In this document: one piece after another, positions 36,314 to 46,323 of the stretch
How positions within the stretch are numbered: position 1 is the stretch's first letter
How the letters are laid out: every line of letters starts with the position of its first letter
Source: an uncultured Candidatus Saccharibacteria bacterium
GTDB taxonomy: Bacteria > Patescibacteriota > Doudnabacteria > UBA920
Length of the DNA: 64,000 bases
Reading direction: 5' to 3'
NCBI GenBank assembly: GCA_964490395.1
Contig: CAZBAS010000001.1
Span: 275,815 to 339,814, forward strand
Notes under the pieces: generated by a model
What the model saw: only the letters and a program-made list of their open reading frames with translations
Told to the model about the DNA's origin: nothing
Databases searched by the model: none
Made by a program: the position numbers and the translations under genes

Positions 36314-37618
36314 ATGTCTAGAAAAACAGTAATTTTTTGGTTTATTATTCTACCCGACATACTCCTCTTGTACGTAAGCTTGTGGGTCGCGGTAGTGCTC
36401 CGCTATGGGGCAAATACTACATTGGTGGATTGGCCTGCGCATCTGAAAGCCTTTACCATAATATTTGCCATATGGCTGCTGGTGTTTTTTATCTATAGCC
36501 TGTTCGATGTAGCTACGTTTCGCCGGTATACAATACTACTCCGCAATTTATTTGCGGCCATGGTTATCAATGGACTTATTGCAGTTCTCTATTTTTACAT
36601 ACAACCAAATCTTATTTTAACTCCGAGGCGACTGCTCTTAATTGCGGTGCTCGTCACGTATGTACTCATTTTAGGCTGGCACCTTTTAGTAAAATACTTT
36701 TTAAAAAATAGATTAATTGAACATGTGTACGTGTTTGCGTTTACCGACGAGCCCACAGAGCTACTCAAAGAAATTGCTAGCCATGACTTTTTAGGATATA
36801 AGGTCGTTGCAAGTCTTACAGAAAGCACCCTTGCCACCACGGAAATTTTAAGAAACTCAGGTATTATTGTGCCAGACAACATTGCTGCAACGCCTGCAGT
36901 GCTTGCTCGTTTATACGAGCTGCGGAAGAAGGGCGTTGCATTTTACAGTCACGCATTCTTTTACGAGCAACTACTGCGCAAGGTCTATCTGTCACGGGTG
37001 AGCGAGCTGTGGTTTTTAGAGAATGTGTCTTATAAACAAAAGCGGCTTTATGCCATTACTAAAAGGTGCATAGATGCACTGGCGGGCTGCATTGGACTTA
37101 TTATATTTTGTGTTACTTTTCCAGTGTTCGCGGTGTTGGTGCGCCTGAGCTCGCCTGGACCAATTTTGTTTGTGCAAGAACGAGTAGGGGAGGGTGGTGC
37201 CTTGTTTAAAGTGTACAAATATCGCACTATGTCCGGGCCGGTTACGAACACGTGGACAGCGCTTCACGATCCGCGGATTACGCCCATTGGTAGGTTCCTC
37301 AGAGCGAGTCGCATAGATGAATTGCCTCAGTGCATCAACTTACTTTTGGGAAATATGAGCCTTGTTGGTCCGCGGCCTGAGCAAACGCACTTGGTGGAGG
37401 AACTGCGTGCAGTTGTGCCGTTTTATGATGAGCGTCATTTGGTGAGGCCGGGCATTACGGGCTGGGCTCAGATTAATAATGCCTATGCAGCAACAGTGGC
37501 TGAAACAGAAGATAAACTCCAGTATGATTTGTATTATATTAAACATCGATCGTTTTTGTTTGATTTGGAAATAATTCTCAAAACCATCTATTACGTGCTG
37601 TCGTGGAAAGGCAGGTAG
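36314..37618 (+). CDS. Polyprenyl-phosphate sugar phosphotransferase (WbaP/bacterial sugar transferase family), initiating enzyme
   Basis: TM N-terminal region; C-terminal KRCIDAL...FKVYKYRTM...DELPQ...GNMSLVGPRP. Confidence 0.85.
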   Translation: MSRKTVIFWFIILPDILLLYVSLWVAVVLRYGANTTLVDWPAHLKAFTIIFAIWLLVFFIYSLFDVATFRRYTILLRNLFAAMVINGLIAVLYFYIQPNLILTPRRLLLIAVLVTYVLILGWHLLVKYFLKNRLIEHVYVFAFTDEPTELLKEIASHDFLGYKVVASLTESTLATTEILRNSGIIVPDNIAATPAVLARLYELRKKGVAFYSHAFFYEQLLRKVYLSRVSELWFLENVSYKQKRLYAITKRCIDALAGCIGLIIFCVTFPVFAVLVRLSSPGPILFVQERVGEGGALFKVYKYRTMSGPVTNTWTALHDPRITPIGRFLRASRIDELPQCINLLLGNMSLVGPRPEQTHLVEELRAVVPFYDERHLVRPGITGWAQINNAYAATVAETEDKLQYDLYYIKHRSFLFDLEIILKTIYYVLSWKGR

Positions 37619-37620
37619 GC

Positions 37621-37740
37621 GCAATGCAGAATTATGAAGTCAGAATTATGAATTATGAGAATGCATGTGAGGTGCCTTGCGGTTTTTTCTCGTCCGACTG
37701 TATTCATAATTCAATATTCTTAATTCTGTATTTTATGGTA
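37621..37740 (+). terminator. Word-based hairpin terminator (CAGAATTATGAA x2 ... TTCATAATTC) plus GCGGTTTTTTCTCG
   Basis: Inverted repeats and T-run after the sugar transferase gene; the GAATTATGAA word recurs at 12781. Confidence 0.55.
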
Positions 37741-37787
37741 TAATATAAAAGAACTAGTAGGCCTGCAGTATGCAGGTCTGTTGTCCT

Positions 37788-39530
37788 ATGGATACGCCCG
37801 CCCTTGTTACTCTGCTGAAACAAAAAAAGATTGTAAGTGCCGACACTATTGCACTTTTGCAAAAAGACCCTGCTACCACTGCTGGTAACTGGGAAGATTT
37901 GTTATTGGAAAAAGGGGGAGTGAAAGAGGAACAGCTGCTTGCGGTAAAAAGCGAACTGCTAAAAATCCCTATTGCTGATTTGCGTAATGAGCGCATAGAT
38001 CAAGATATTTTACAGTTAGTACCTGAGCCCATAGCCCATCGCCATAAGGTTATAAGTTTTGGCAAAGGCAAGGACGGTTTGCATCTGGCCATGGTAGATC
38101 CGCTCGATCTGCAGACTAAAGAGTTTATACAAAAGAAAACTGGGCTACCGATTGTTGTATTTTTAATCGGCAAAACCAGTCTAGATTTTGGTCTTTCCAA
38201 ATATCACAGTAACCTTGAGGGTGAGATAAAGCATTTGGTAAGTGGTGAGTCTACCATCAAAACCGACTCAGATAAGCCCGATGAAGTAGAGGGTCTGAAA
38301 AAGATGGCTGGAGAAATTCCAGTTATTCGTGTTGTTGAGACTCTTCTTGAGTACGCAATCTTTGAGAAAGCTTCAGATATCCATGTAGAGCCACAAGAAA
38401 CATCGCTTACGGTTAGATACCGTATTGATGGTATTTTGCACGATGTTATGACGCTTCCTAAGATGATACAGCCAGCGCTGGTTGCTCGTATTAAAGTGCT
38501 TTCCGATCTTAAGATAGACGAACATCGTTTGCCGCAAGATGGACGATTTAAAGTTGAAAAAGACGGCTACAAGTTTTCTTTGCGCGTTTCTACTATCCCG
38601 GTCTTTGATGGTGAAAAAGTGGTTATGCGTTTACTTGATGAGTCTACTAAGGCCATGAGTCTTGAGCAGCTGGGTTTTCTTTCCGAGCAGCTTGAAATTG
38701 TGCACCGCAATATTCATAAACCGCACGGTATGTTCTTGGTTACGGGGCCTACCGGAAGTGGTAAATCCACGACTTTGTATGCAGTTATTACGCTGCTTAA
38801 TAGTGCCAGCGTAAATATTTCCACCATAGAAGATCCTGTTGAATATCGGATAGAGCGGGCAAACCAAATGCAGGTGAATCCTAAAATTGGTCTCACTTTT
38901 GCCATGGGGCTGCGCGCATTGCTGAGACAAGATCCAAACATTATTATGATTGGTGAAATTCGTGACTCTGAAACAGCCGAAGAAGCTGTCCATGCTGCCA
39001 TGACTGGTCACGTCGTGCTTTCTACCCTGCACACAAACAGTGCTGCTGGCGCCATGCCTCGTTTGCTTGATATTGGAGTTGAGGCATACTTAATTGCATC
39101 AACAACGAATGCAGTTATGGCACAGCGTCTAGTTCGTGTTCTCTGCCCAGAGTGCAACCAAGCGTTTAAGCCAGATGCCGCGTACATTGAAATGCTCGCG
39201 AAAACATTTAACTTAGAGTCCATAATGGCGTTGTATAAGAAGCGGGGTATGCTCAAAGCGGGCGCAGAGCGTTTTGAAGATTTGGAATTTCGAAAACCAG
39301 TGGGCTGCGACAAGTGCGGGTCCTCAGGCTATAAAGGGCGCATTGGTATACACGAGCTTTTAGAAGTGACTCCGGAAATTTCTGATTTGATTGTGCAGAA
39401 AAAAACAGCACAAGAAATTCAGGAGGTTGCGGAAAAGTCCGGCATGATTCTTATGTGGCAAGATGGATTTATTAAGTCACTTCTTGGCACCACGACCCTT
39501 GATGAAGTATTGAGAGTATCTAAAGAGTAA
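37788..39530 (+). CDS. pilB: Type IV pilus assembly ATPase PilB (GspE family)
   Basis: Walker A GPTGSGKSTTLY, Asp/His boxes, Cys4 zinc motif CPEC...CDKC. Confidence 0.9.
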   Translation: MDTPALVTLLKQKKIVSADTIALLQKDPATTAGNWEDLLLEKGGVKEEQLLAVKSELLKIPIADLRNERIDQDILQLVPEPIAHRHKVISFGKGKDGLHLAMVDPLDLQTKEFIQKKTGLPIVVFLIGKTSLDFGLSKYHSNLEGEIKHLVSGESTIKTDSDKPDEVEGLKKMAGEIPVIRVVETLLEYAIFEKASDIHVEPQETSLTVRYRIDGILHDVMTLPKMIQPALVARIKVLSDLKIDEHRLPQDGRFKVEKDGYKFSLRVSTIPVFDGEKVVMRLLDESTKAMSLEQLGFLSEQLEIVHRNIHKPHGMFLVTGPTGSGKSTTLYAVITLLNSASVNISTIEDPVEYRIERANQMQVNPKIGLTFAMGLRALLRQDPNIIMIGEIRDSETAEEAVHAAMTGHVVLSTLHTNSAAGAMPRLLDIGVEAYLIASTTNAVMAQRLVRVLCPECNQAFKPDAAYIEMLAKTFNLESIMALYKKRGMLKAGAERFEDLEFRKPVGCDKCGSSGYKGRIGIHELLEVTPEISDLIVQKKTAQEIQEVAEKSGMILMWQDGFIKSLLGTTTLDEVLRVSKE

Positions 39531-39532
39531 CA

Positions 39533-39578
39533 AGTTTATAAAGTCCATAAAGTTCGTAAAGTAATACTTTATAAACTT
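39533..39578. repeat. Second copy of AGTTTATAAAGTCCATAAAGT...ACTTTATAAACT hairpin, between pilB and pilC
   Basis: Identical 21-mer and same 12-bp inverted repeat as 1859. Confidence 0.8.
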
Positions 39579-39607
39579 TCTACTTTAGAAACCTTACGAA
39601 CTGACGA

Positions 39608-40822
39608 ATGGCTAAATTTACCTACACAGCATTAAAACCCGACGGTAGTCGCGAGAAAGGATCTCTCTCGGCTAGCTCAAGCATGGCTGCAGGCCACGAG
39701 CTGCACGAACGAGGGCTGACGCCTATAGACTTAAAAGAGGTAACGGCCGCAAGTGATCCACTGGCGTTTTTGGCCAATTTTAGGTCGGTCCCACTTGCAG
39801 AGAAGTTGACGTTCGTGGAAAATTTGGAGCTCATGCTCAAGAGCGGTATTCCTGTATCGCGGAGTATGCGCATTTTGGCGAAGCAAACGCGCAACCGCAG
39901 ATTTTCCAAAATTCTAGAAAGCTTGGAACAGGCTGTAGAAAATGGAAGCCAGTTGTACGAGGCCATGAATGCGTACCCTCAGGTCTTTTCTGCAATTTTT
40001 GTAAACATGATTAAGGTGGGTGAGCTTTCTGGTAATTTGGAAACCAGCTTGAGTCAGCTCGGCATACAACTGGAGCGTGAAGCGGACCTGCGCAGTAGGG
40101 TTCGGGGGGCCATGATTTACCCATCGGTCATTGTGAGCGCGATGGTTATTATAGCCATTGTCATGTCTATCTTTGTTTTGCCAAAGCTCACTTCAGTGTT
40201 TAAAGATTTTGGTTCAGAACTCCCAACTGCAACAAAGATAGTAGTGGCGTTTAGCGATTTTATGGCGGGTCATGCTATTTTGGTTATCATTGGGTTTATA
40301 CTTCTGGTGGGGGGTGCTTCGTACGGCCTTAAGACCCCAATGGGAAAAGAAGGACTTAATAGAGTGTCACTCGTTGTTCCGGGTATAGGCCCCCTCGCCG
40401 TTAAGATAAATATTGCTCGGTTTACGCGCGTGCTTTCTTCGCTGCTCAAAAGCGGTATTCCCATTGTAGAAGCGTTAAATGTGGCAGGGCAGTCTATACC
40501 GAACAGTCTGTATAAACAGGCAATTACTGAAGCGTCGGAACGAGTAAAAGTGGGAAAAAGTTTAACTGAAGTATTGGCTGTGCACGAGCGACTCTTTCCG
40601 TTTTTAGTTGTGCAAATGCTTGAAGTAGGGGAAGAGACAGGAAGTTTGGAAAGTATTTTGGAACAGATAGCTACGCACTTTGAAGCGCAAATAGATGCTA
40701 CACTTAAGAATATGTCTTCTATTATTGAACCTCTGCTCCTGCTTATAATTGGTGGCGCAGTAGGAGCGCTGGCATATGCCCTCATTATCCCTATTTACAA
40801 TATTGGTACAAATATAAAATAA
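39608..40822 (+). CDS. pilC: Type IV pilus platform protein PilC (GspF family)
   Basis: Two T2SSF repeats, polytopic membrane. Confidence 0.85.
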   Translation: MAKFTYTALKPDGSREKGSLSASSSMAAGHELHERGLTPIDLKEVTAASDPLAFLANFRSVPLAEKLTFVENLELMLKSGIPVSRSMRILAKQTRNRRFSKILESLEQAVENGSQLYEAMNAYPQVFSAIFVNMIKVGELSGNLETSLSQLGIQLEREADLRSRVRGAMIYPSVIVSAMVIIAIVMSIFVLPKLTSVFKDFGSELPTATKIVVAFSDFMAGHAILVIIGFILLVGGASYGLKTPMGKEGLNRVSLVVPGIGPLAVKINIARFTRVLSSLLKSGIPIVEALNVAGQSIPNSLYKQAITEASERVKVGKSLTEVLAVHERLFPFLVVQMLEVGEETGSLESILEQIATHFEAQIDATLKNMSSIIEPLLLLIIGGAVGALAYALIIPIYNIGTNIK

Positions 40823-40950
40823 TAATGTTGACGAATATACAAATAAGAACGAATAAAACGAATGTCTACGAATATAATATTGACCGTTTTATTTATGGAT
40901 TCGCAGTTATTCGTAATATTCGATAATTTGTAGATTCGTCTACGCCTGAT

Positions 40951-42015
40951 ATGAAATTCCACTTTAATTTTTTTAAAAATCATTCCGATGTTGTTGGTAT
41001 AGCCATAGGCGATGCGCATGTGCGGGCACTGCAACTCAAGGGTAGCCTTGCGGCTGCAACTGTTGAAAGCTACGCCGAAGCAGTGTTACCGAAAACTATA
41101 TTCGATGCAGCAGGTAAAATAGATGTAGAAAGTCTGGCGCATTTACTGGAAAATCTTTTTCTCAAGCCCGCGCAAGGAAAGTTCACGACAAAAGATGTGG
41201 CAGTGAACTTGCCAGAAGCAAAGTGTTTTGTTCGGGTTATCCACGTAGCGCCCATGACAGATAGCGAAATAGAAGCTGCGGTGCCTTTTGAAGCAGAGAG
41301 CTATATTCCTGTGCCCATTGATCAAGTGTATCTAGACTGGCAGCGACTTCATGAAGCAAATGGCAAAGTTGCTCTGCTACTCGTGGCGTCGCCAAAAGAC
41401 TATGTGGACCAAGTGCTCACTGCGGTTCGGGGTGCAGGGCTTACTCCGGTAGCGGTAGAGGTGGAGTCGCAAGGTCTTGCTAGAGCATTGGTGTCGGATG
41501 GAGAAAAAGAGAGTGTGCTCATTGCCGACATGAAAGCTTCGGGAACAGATTTAATTATGATAGAGCATGGCAATATTCAGTTTACCTCTACCATACCTGT
41601 GGGCGGTGTTGCCATAACTGATGCCATAGCGCACGGCTTAGATGTTCCTGCAAAGCGAGCAGAAGAAATTAAGGCAGAAGCTGGACTAGGTAGTACCGAA
41701 GCCTATCCAAACTTAAAGACCCTCCTGGTACCTGTTATGAATTCTTTTGTCACCGAAATAAAACAAGTTATGGCGTTTCATGACCAGCATTCACAGGAGA
41801 AAATAGCTAAGCTTGTGTTGGTTGGGGGTTCGGCAGGTTTGAAGTCTTTGCCTGAGTTTTTGCAAGAAAGCTTAGACCCTGGCCGGAGCTTGCTGGTTGA
41901 ACTTGGGGACCCAACAATCAATGTAAAAGTGACCTTGCCGAGTGCTCTCACTGGTACGGCAATATTGCCATACGCTGCAGCGCTTGGTTTGGCTATGAGG
42001 GGGCTATCGCTATGA
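40951..42015 (+). CDS. pilM: Type IV pilus assembly protein PilM (actin-like)
   Basis: PilM family pattern; followed by pilN with 4-nt overlap. Confidence 0.8.
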   Translation: MKFHFNFFKNHSDVVGIAIGDAHVRALQLKGSLAAATVESYAEAVLPKTIFDAAGKIDVESLAHLLENLFLKPAQGKFTTKDVAVNLPEAKCFVRVIHVAPMTDSEIEAAVPFEAESYIPVPIDQVYLDWQRLHEANGKVALLLVASPKDYVDQVLTAVRGAGLTPVAVEVESQGLARALVSDGEKESVLIADMKASGTDLIMIEHGNIQFTSTIPVGGVAITDAIAHGLDVPAKRAEEIKAEAGLGSTEAYPNLKTLLVPVMNSFVTEIKQVMAFHDQHSQEKIAKLVLVGGSAGLKSLPEFLQESLDPGRSLLVELGDPTINVKVTLPSALTGTAILPYAAALGLAMRGLSL

Positions 42016-42584
42016 GCGCAAAAGTTATAAATTTACTTCCGAGAGAACAGCAACGCGAACTTGGACTGAGAAGTTGGTATAGAGCGTTGGTGCGTTTCTA
42101 TGTCTTAGCGCTTACCACTTTTGTTCTCGTGGCATTGTTATTTGCGGGTACGTGGTGGTATTTACGATTGGCAGAACAAAACCTCGCCCATGAGGCAGAA
42201 AATTTACGCACCAAGTCCACTACGCAAGAAACTACAGACCTTAAAAAGCAGATTAAGATAATCAATAACCAAATTGAAGACTACAATACTCTTACTGCTG
42301 CGCTCCCTCGGTGGTCAGTGTTGCTCCGTCAGTTTGCTACCCTTGTACCTAGGGGGGCACAAATCCAGAATTTTGGGGTCGATAGTACGAAGCGTCAGAT
42401 TATCATAAGCGGGTTTGCTTCTACCAGAGAAGACGCTATACAACTTCACGATAATATAGCCGCAGATAACGCACATTTTACCAATATAGATTATCCCTTA
42501 GAGAATATTGCCAAGCCAAAGAATGTTGGGTTTAAGTATAGTTTTATTGTTAAGCCCGAAGTGCTTTCGAGCAAAGCCCCCTAA
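42012..42584 (+). CDS. pilN: Type IV pilus assembly protein PilN
   Basis: N-terminal INLLPREQQ motif, single TM. Confidence 0.75.
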   Translation: MSAKVINLLPREQQRELGLRSWYRALVRFYVLALTTFVLVALLFAGTWWYLRLAEQNLAHEAENLRTKSTTQETTDLKKQIKIINNQIEDYNTLTAALPRWSVLLRQFATLVPRGAQIQNFGVDSTKRQIIISGFASTREDAIQLHDNIAADNAHFTNIDYPLENIAKPKNVGFKYSFIVKPEVLSSKAP

Positions 42585-42614
42585 TAGCGGTCAAAATACG
42601 AGCAACTTCTATAT

Positions 42615-43169
42615 ATGAAAGTAAAACAGCAAAAGTATCAGGTAAAAATTATCTCAAGTATTGTAGGGTTTGTTTTGGTTGCCTTGCTAGTATTTGGCTT
42701 GGCTTTGCCGTGGCTTAGCAATAAGTTGCAAACAAGCCTTGGAGGAATACTTGAACAAAAGAAGACTGTGCTTGAGCTTCGCCAAGAGCAGCACAATATT
42801 GAACTCGCAAAACAAGATTTAGTAGAAATAGAAAATAAGCAGCGGCTGCCTGAGAATTTTTTCAGTAAAGATACCACCCTCGTAACCGACCTAGGCAATT
42901 TGGAGGGTACAGCTCGGGATTTGCACATTGATTTTAATTTGAGCGTGTCTGGTACTGTGCCGGTTGCAGCTAAAGCGAAGACTACGAGCGAGCTATTTTT
43001 GGTGCCGTTTACTATTCAGATTAGTGGTGCCTATGCCGACGTTGTATCGTATTTCGATTTTCTGGAACACTCCGGTACCGTCTTTACCGTACAGACTATA
43101 AACCTTGGTGGTGGTGAAGGAGAAAAGGTAACCGCAAATTTGGGAGGCAGTTTTTACTTACGAAAATAA
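42615..43169 (+). CDS. PilO-like type IV pilus assembly protein
   Basis: Single TM + coiled coil + C-terminal domain, position in pilMNO order. Confidence 0.55.
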   Translation: MKVKQQKYQVKIISSIVGFVLVALLVFGLALPWLSNKLQTSLGGILEQKKTVLELRQEQHNIELAKQDLVEIENKQRLPENFFSKDTTLVTDLGNLEGTARDLHIDFNLSVSGTVPVAAKAKTTSELFLVPFTIQISGAYADVVSYFDFLEHSGTVFTVQTINLGGGEGEKVTANLGGSFYLRK

Positions 43170-43170
43170 T

Positions 43171-43509
43171 ATGGATATACAAAGCATTTTTAAAAAACTA
43201 TCCCCAACAAAAAGTAGTGGTATAAAGCCATTTCAACATGCGGGTGCAACTCCTGTGGTGGCCCTGACTATTGCCACTATTGTAGTGTTGCTTATGGATG
43301 CGTGGTTTGCCCAGCCAGCCATTAAGGCGCTCTATCAATATAAATTTACCGATGTAGGCGCGCGCCAAATTCAGAGCACACGGATAAATTTTGATGGGTA
43401 CAAAAAGGCTCTAGATCGCATAGACACGGCGGCAACGTATAAGCCGCCCCGCGATGTAATTCCTAGTCCGTTTCGGTCCGTTACCCGAAGTAGTGATACA
43501 ACTAAATAA
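43171..43509 (+). CDS. Small membrane protein, last gene of the pilus operon
   Basis: ORF with one TM; PilP-like position. Confidence 0.35.
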   Translation: MDIQSIFKKLSPTKSSGIKPFQHAGATPVVALTIATIVVLLMDAWFAQPAIKALYQYKFTDVGARQIQSTRINFDGYKKALDRIDTAATYKPPRDVIPSPFRSVTRSSDTTK

Positions 43510-43515
43510 GAAATA

Positions 43516-43542
43516 CAAAAAACACCCGTTGGGTGTTTTTTT
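43516..43542 (+). terminator. Intrinsic terminator AAAAAACACCCGTTGGGTGTTTTTTT
   Basis: Hairpin + T-run after pilus operon. Confidence 0.75.
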
Positions 43543-43650
43543 ATGTATGCGCTCGCGAGGGTGTGAACTTGTGACCGTTTGCTTAATGGTCCCGCTCAGC
43601 GGGATTACCACCCAAGCAAACAAAAAACACTCCACAACGAGTGTTTTTAT

Positions 43651-43726
43651 TGGTGCGCCCAACAGGGATCGAACCTGTGACCGTTTGCTTAAGAGGCAAC
43701 TGCTCTACCAGCTGAGCTATGGGCGC
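43651..43726 (-). tRNA. tRNA-Lys (anticodon CUU), CCA encoded
   Basis: Manual cloverleaf: acceptor GCGCCCA/TGGGCGC, anticodon loop CTCTTAA, T-loop TTCGATC. Confidence 0.8.
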
Positions 43727-43863
43727 TCGTCAGTCTTTACTCCAGTTGTTCGCTTTGCCTAGAAGGCAAAGACTCGCTACTTACGTAAAGGCTTCCTCTC
43801 AATTTCACGCTTAACCTCATATTTGCAGAGCCAAATCCTCGGCCCAAGTGTGAAATTGGTTTC

Positions 43864-44547
43864 CTATACATTTTGCAGGATTTTTTCAGCTTTGGCAAGT
43901 TCTTCGGGAGTGCCAATGGGGAGCCACTGTGAGGCCCTAAAAAGCCCTACAGGGTGTGTTTCTGGGCTTTGGAGGAGTGTATGGGGGAGACTGTATTCAA
44001 CCTTGCCACGGACCATAATTTCAGCCAGGGGAAAGTTAAAAATATCTATGTCGGTTACGTATGCTCCGCAGTTAACCCATTTCTCGTTGGTGCTCAAATC
44101 CTCACCAAGACTAAGAACTTTATCATTGGCATTAGTACGCAAGGCTCCTGGGAGGGGTTTGGTGGTTGCTGTGGCAAGTATGCCCCACGTGGGCGAGGCA
44201 GCCAGCGCTTCTAAGTCTGCTTTTGTATATACGTCGTCTCCGTTTATGACTAAAAACGTGTTACGTAAAAAACTTCTGGCAAAATGCAGAGCGCTACCCG
44301 TTCCGTTTATCGGCTCTTGCTGCACGTATTGCATAGGTAGGCCATTGTACGCGGAGCCAAATGTGGATTCAATTTGTTTTCCCAGCCAACCAGTGACAAT
44401 AATTATCTCATCAATATTTGCTGGTAGACTTTCCAGAGTCCACTCAAGTAATGGCTTGCCTAAAATAGGCACCAAACCTTTTGGCGCATGTTCTGTAAAA
44501 GGGCGAAGCCTTAGGCCGTACCCAGCTGCGAGTATAACTGCTTGCAT
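43864..44547 (-). CDS. Sugar-phosphate nucleotidyltransferase (NTP_transferase domain)
   Basis: MQAVILAAGYGLRLRP...G(K)PLLEW motif. Confidence 0.7.
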   Translation of the reverse strand: MQAVILAAGYGLRLRPFTEHAPKGLVPILGKPLLEWTLESLPANIDEIIIVTGWLGKQIESTFGSAYNGLPMQYVQQEPINGTGSALHFARSFLRNTFLVINGDDVYTKADLEALAASPTWGILATATTKPLPGALRTNANDKVLSLGEDLSTNEKWVNCGAYVTDIDIFNFPLAEIMVRGKVEYSLPHTLLQSPETHPVGLFRASQWLPIGTPEELAKAEKILQNV

Positions 44548-44567
44548 GATTGGGATAGTTCTTGTGT

Positions 44568-44990
44568 TTATTTTTGGGTCAAGTCAAATACCGTAATATC
44601 CCACGGGGTAGTATTAAGATCCGTAAATCGTATCCAGACAGGTTCAACTTTAAAGTATACATTTCCATCTGTGGCTTCCCACTTTTGCGCCCCAGGTGCT
44701 TTCTTAAAGTATGCTCGTTTAAGTTGATCAAGCTCCGGGCCTTTTTCTAGTAGTGTTGCATTGCCTTCGTATTGCACCGTTCGTTCATCCTCCCAGCCTA
44801 TAACGAGCGACACCTTTGATGATTTTTGGAGATTTTTAAATTTCCGACTTTCTCGGTTGGTATCAAAAATAAGAGTTAAGCCATCATTGCCGAATTCAAT
44901 GCAAGCTGATTCTGGATACTCATCGCCTATTGTAGATATGACGGTAAATTGTCGAGCACTTATGTACGATATTAGTTCTTCTTTGGTCAT
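44568..44990 (-). CDS. Pyridoxamine 5'-phosphate oxidase-like FMN-binding split-barrel protein
   Basis: PNPOx-like pattern; start taken at ATG (track shows TTG 9 nt upstream). Confidence 0.5.
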   Translation of the reverse strand: MTKEELISYISARQFTVISTIGDEYPESACIEFGNDGLTLIFDTNRESRKFKNLQKSSKVSLVIGWEDERTVQYEGNATLLEKGPELDQLKRAYFKKAPGAQKWEATDGNVYFKVEPVWIRFTDLNTTPWDITVFDLTQK

Positions 44991-45041
44991 TTTTCGCAAA
45001 TATTGTATGTGGCGTAAGCCAGACGAAGCCTTGGCGAAGTC

Positions 45042-45118
45042 TGGTGCACCCGGCAGGATTTGAACCTGCTACCTCTTGGTTCGAAGCCAAGCACTCTATC
45101 CAAATGAGCTACGGGTGC
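45042..45118 (-). tRNA. tRNA-Arg (anticodon UCG), CCA encoded
   Basis: Manual cloverleaf: acceptor GCACCCG/CGGGTGC, anticodon stem CTTGG/CCAAG, loop CTTCGAA. Confidence 0.85.
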
Positions 45119-45206
45119 ATGTATAAGTTTCCGCTATATTATAAGGGTATTTTAACTATTTGGAAAGGTTTACTTTCCCTTATTTCCAAATGGTATACTA
45201 CTACAT

Positions 45207-46172
45207 ATGCTGTACGTGCTATACGGGTCAGATGACTATTCCCAGGAACAATATATAAAACAACTTGCCAGCAGAGCAGGGTTGCCGCGGGTAGAATATA
45301 CATCGGACAATGCTCCCCAGGCAGTAGATGTGTTACTAAGCCAGGACCTATTTTCTGGTGGGCAGGTTATAGTGCTGCACAACTTGGCGCAACGTTTTTT
45401 ACTGGAAGGGAGCATTAAGGAGTTTATTCAGAGCGCAAATTACCTTATTTTTGTAGAAGGCGAGTTAGATCGCCGTACCAAATTTGCAAAAGATTTACTG
45501 GCAAATAAAGAAATTCATGCAAAAGAATTTGCGGCCCCAAGTCTTGAAGCGTTGCCTTTGTGGATATCAGAATACATTGCTAAACGCAGTGGTTCTATTA
45601 TGGATGCGGCAGTGAGGGAGCTGCTTAAGCGTCTCGGTTACAGTGACCCCTTGGGCGGTTTTGCATTGGCTGTAAAGCAGCCGTCCTTGCTTCGTTTAGA
45701 GCAAGAGCTTAACAAGCTACTGACCTATGCGCATGAGCAGCCCATTACAAGCGATATGGTACTACTTCTTGTTCCGGACGATCGGCAGGCTGTTGCTCTT
45801 TCAATTACCGACAGTCTGAGTAAAAAAAATAGAACAGAACTGTTCACGTTGCTAGAAGGATACTATAAAGATGCGGATGGGGGAGATGAAACAGGGAAAA
45901 CTTTGGCCCTGGTAGGATTACTTTCCGAACAGTTTCGATCACAGTTGATTGTAAAAGATAGCCTAGAGCAACGGCTCACTGAAGCAGAAGTGTTGTCGCA
46001 GACCGGGTGGAAGTCGGGGAAGTTATTTGTTATGAAACGCCTTGCTGGGAGTTTTACTGTGCAGCAGCTTCGTGATGTGCTTGGTAAGCTTGAAAATTTA
46101 GACGTAGAGCTTAAGTCTACGAATACCCCTCCGCGCGTTGTACTAGAGCTTATTTTAGCGCAGATGGTGTAA
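45207..46172 (+). CDS. holA: DNA polymerase III delta subunit-like (HolA)
   Basis: N-terminus YVLYGSDDYSQEQYIKQL resembles Gram-positive HolA start; size fits. Confidence 0.5.
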   Translation: MLYVLYGSDDYSQEQYIKQLASRAGLPRVEYTSDNAPQAVDVLLSQDLFSGGQVIVLHNLAQRFLLEGSIKEFIQSANYLIFVEGELDRRTKFAKDLLANKEIHAKEFAAPSLEALPLWISEYIAKRSGSIMDAAVRELLKRLGYSDPLGGFALAVKQPSLLRLEQELNKLLTYAHEQPITSDMVLLLVPDDRQAVALSITDSLSKKNRTELFTLLEGYYKDADGGDETGKTLALVGLLSEQFRSQLIVKDSLEQRLTEAEVLSQTGWKSGKLFVMKRLAGSFTVQQLRDVLGKLENLDVELKSTNTPPRVVLELILAQMV

Positions 46173-46323
46173 CATAATGACAAAAGTTAAAAAAGTGACA
46201 AAAATGACAAGAATTAAATGTTTTTGTCATTTTTATTTATTTTTGCTCATTTTTGTCATTTAGAATTGTGTTACAATTCTAATATAGTCATTATGCCCCT
46301 GTGGGCAAAAAGTAAGAAATAAA

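Noticed and set aside
43823-44596. 257-aa plus-strand ORF
   Set aside because: Fully antisense to the well-supported NTP-transferase gene 43864..44547 (-). Cys/Ser-rich composition typical of a shadow ORF.
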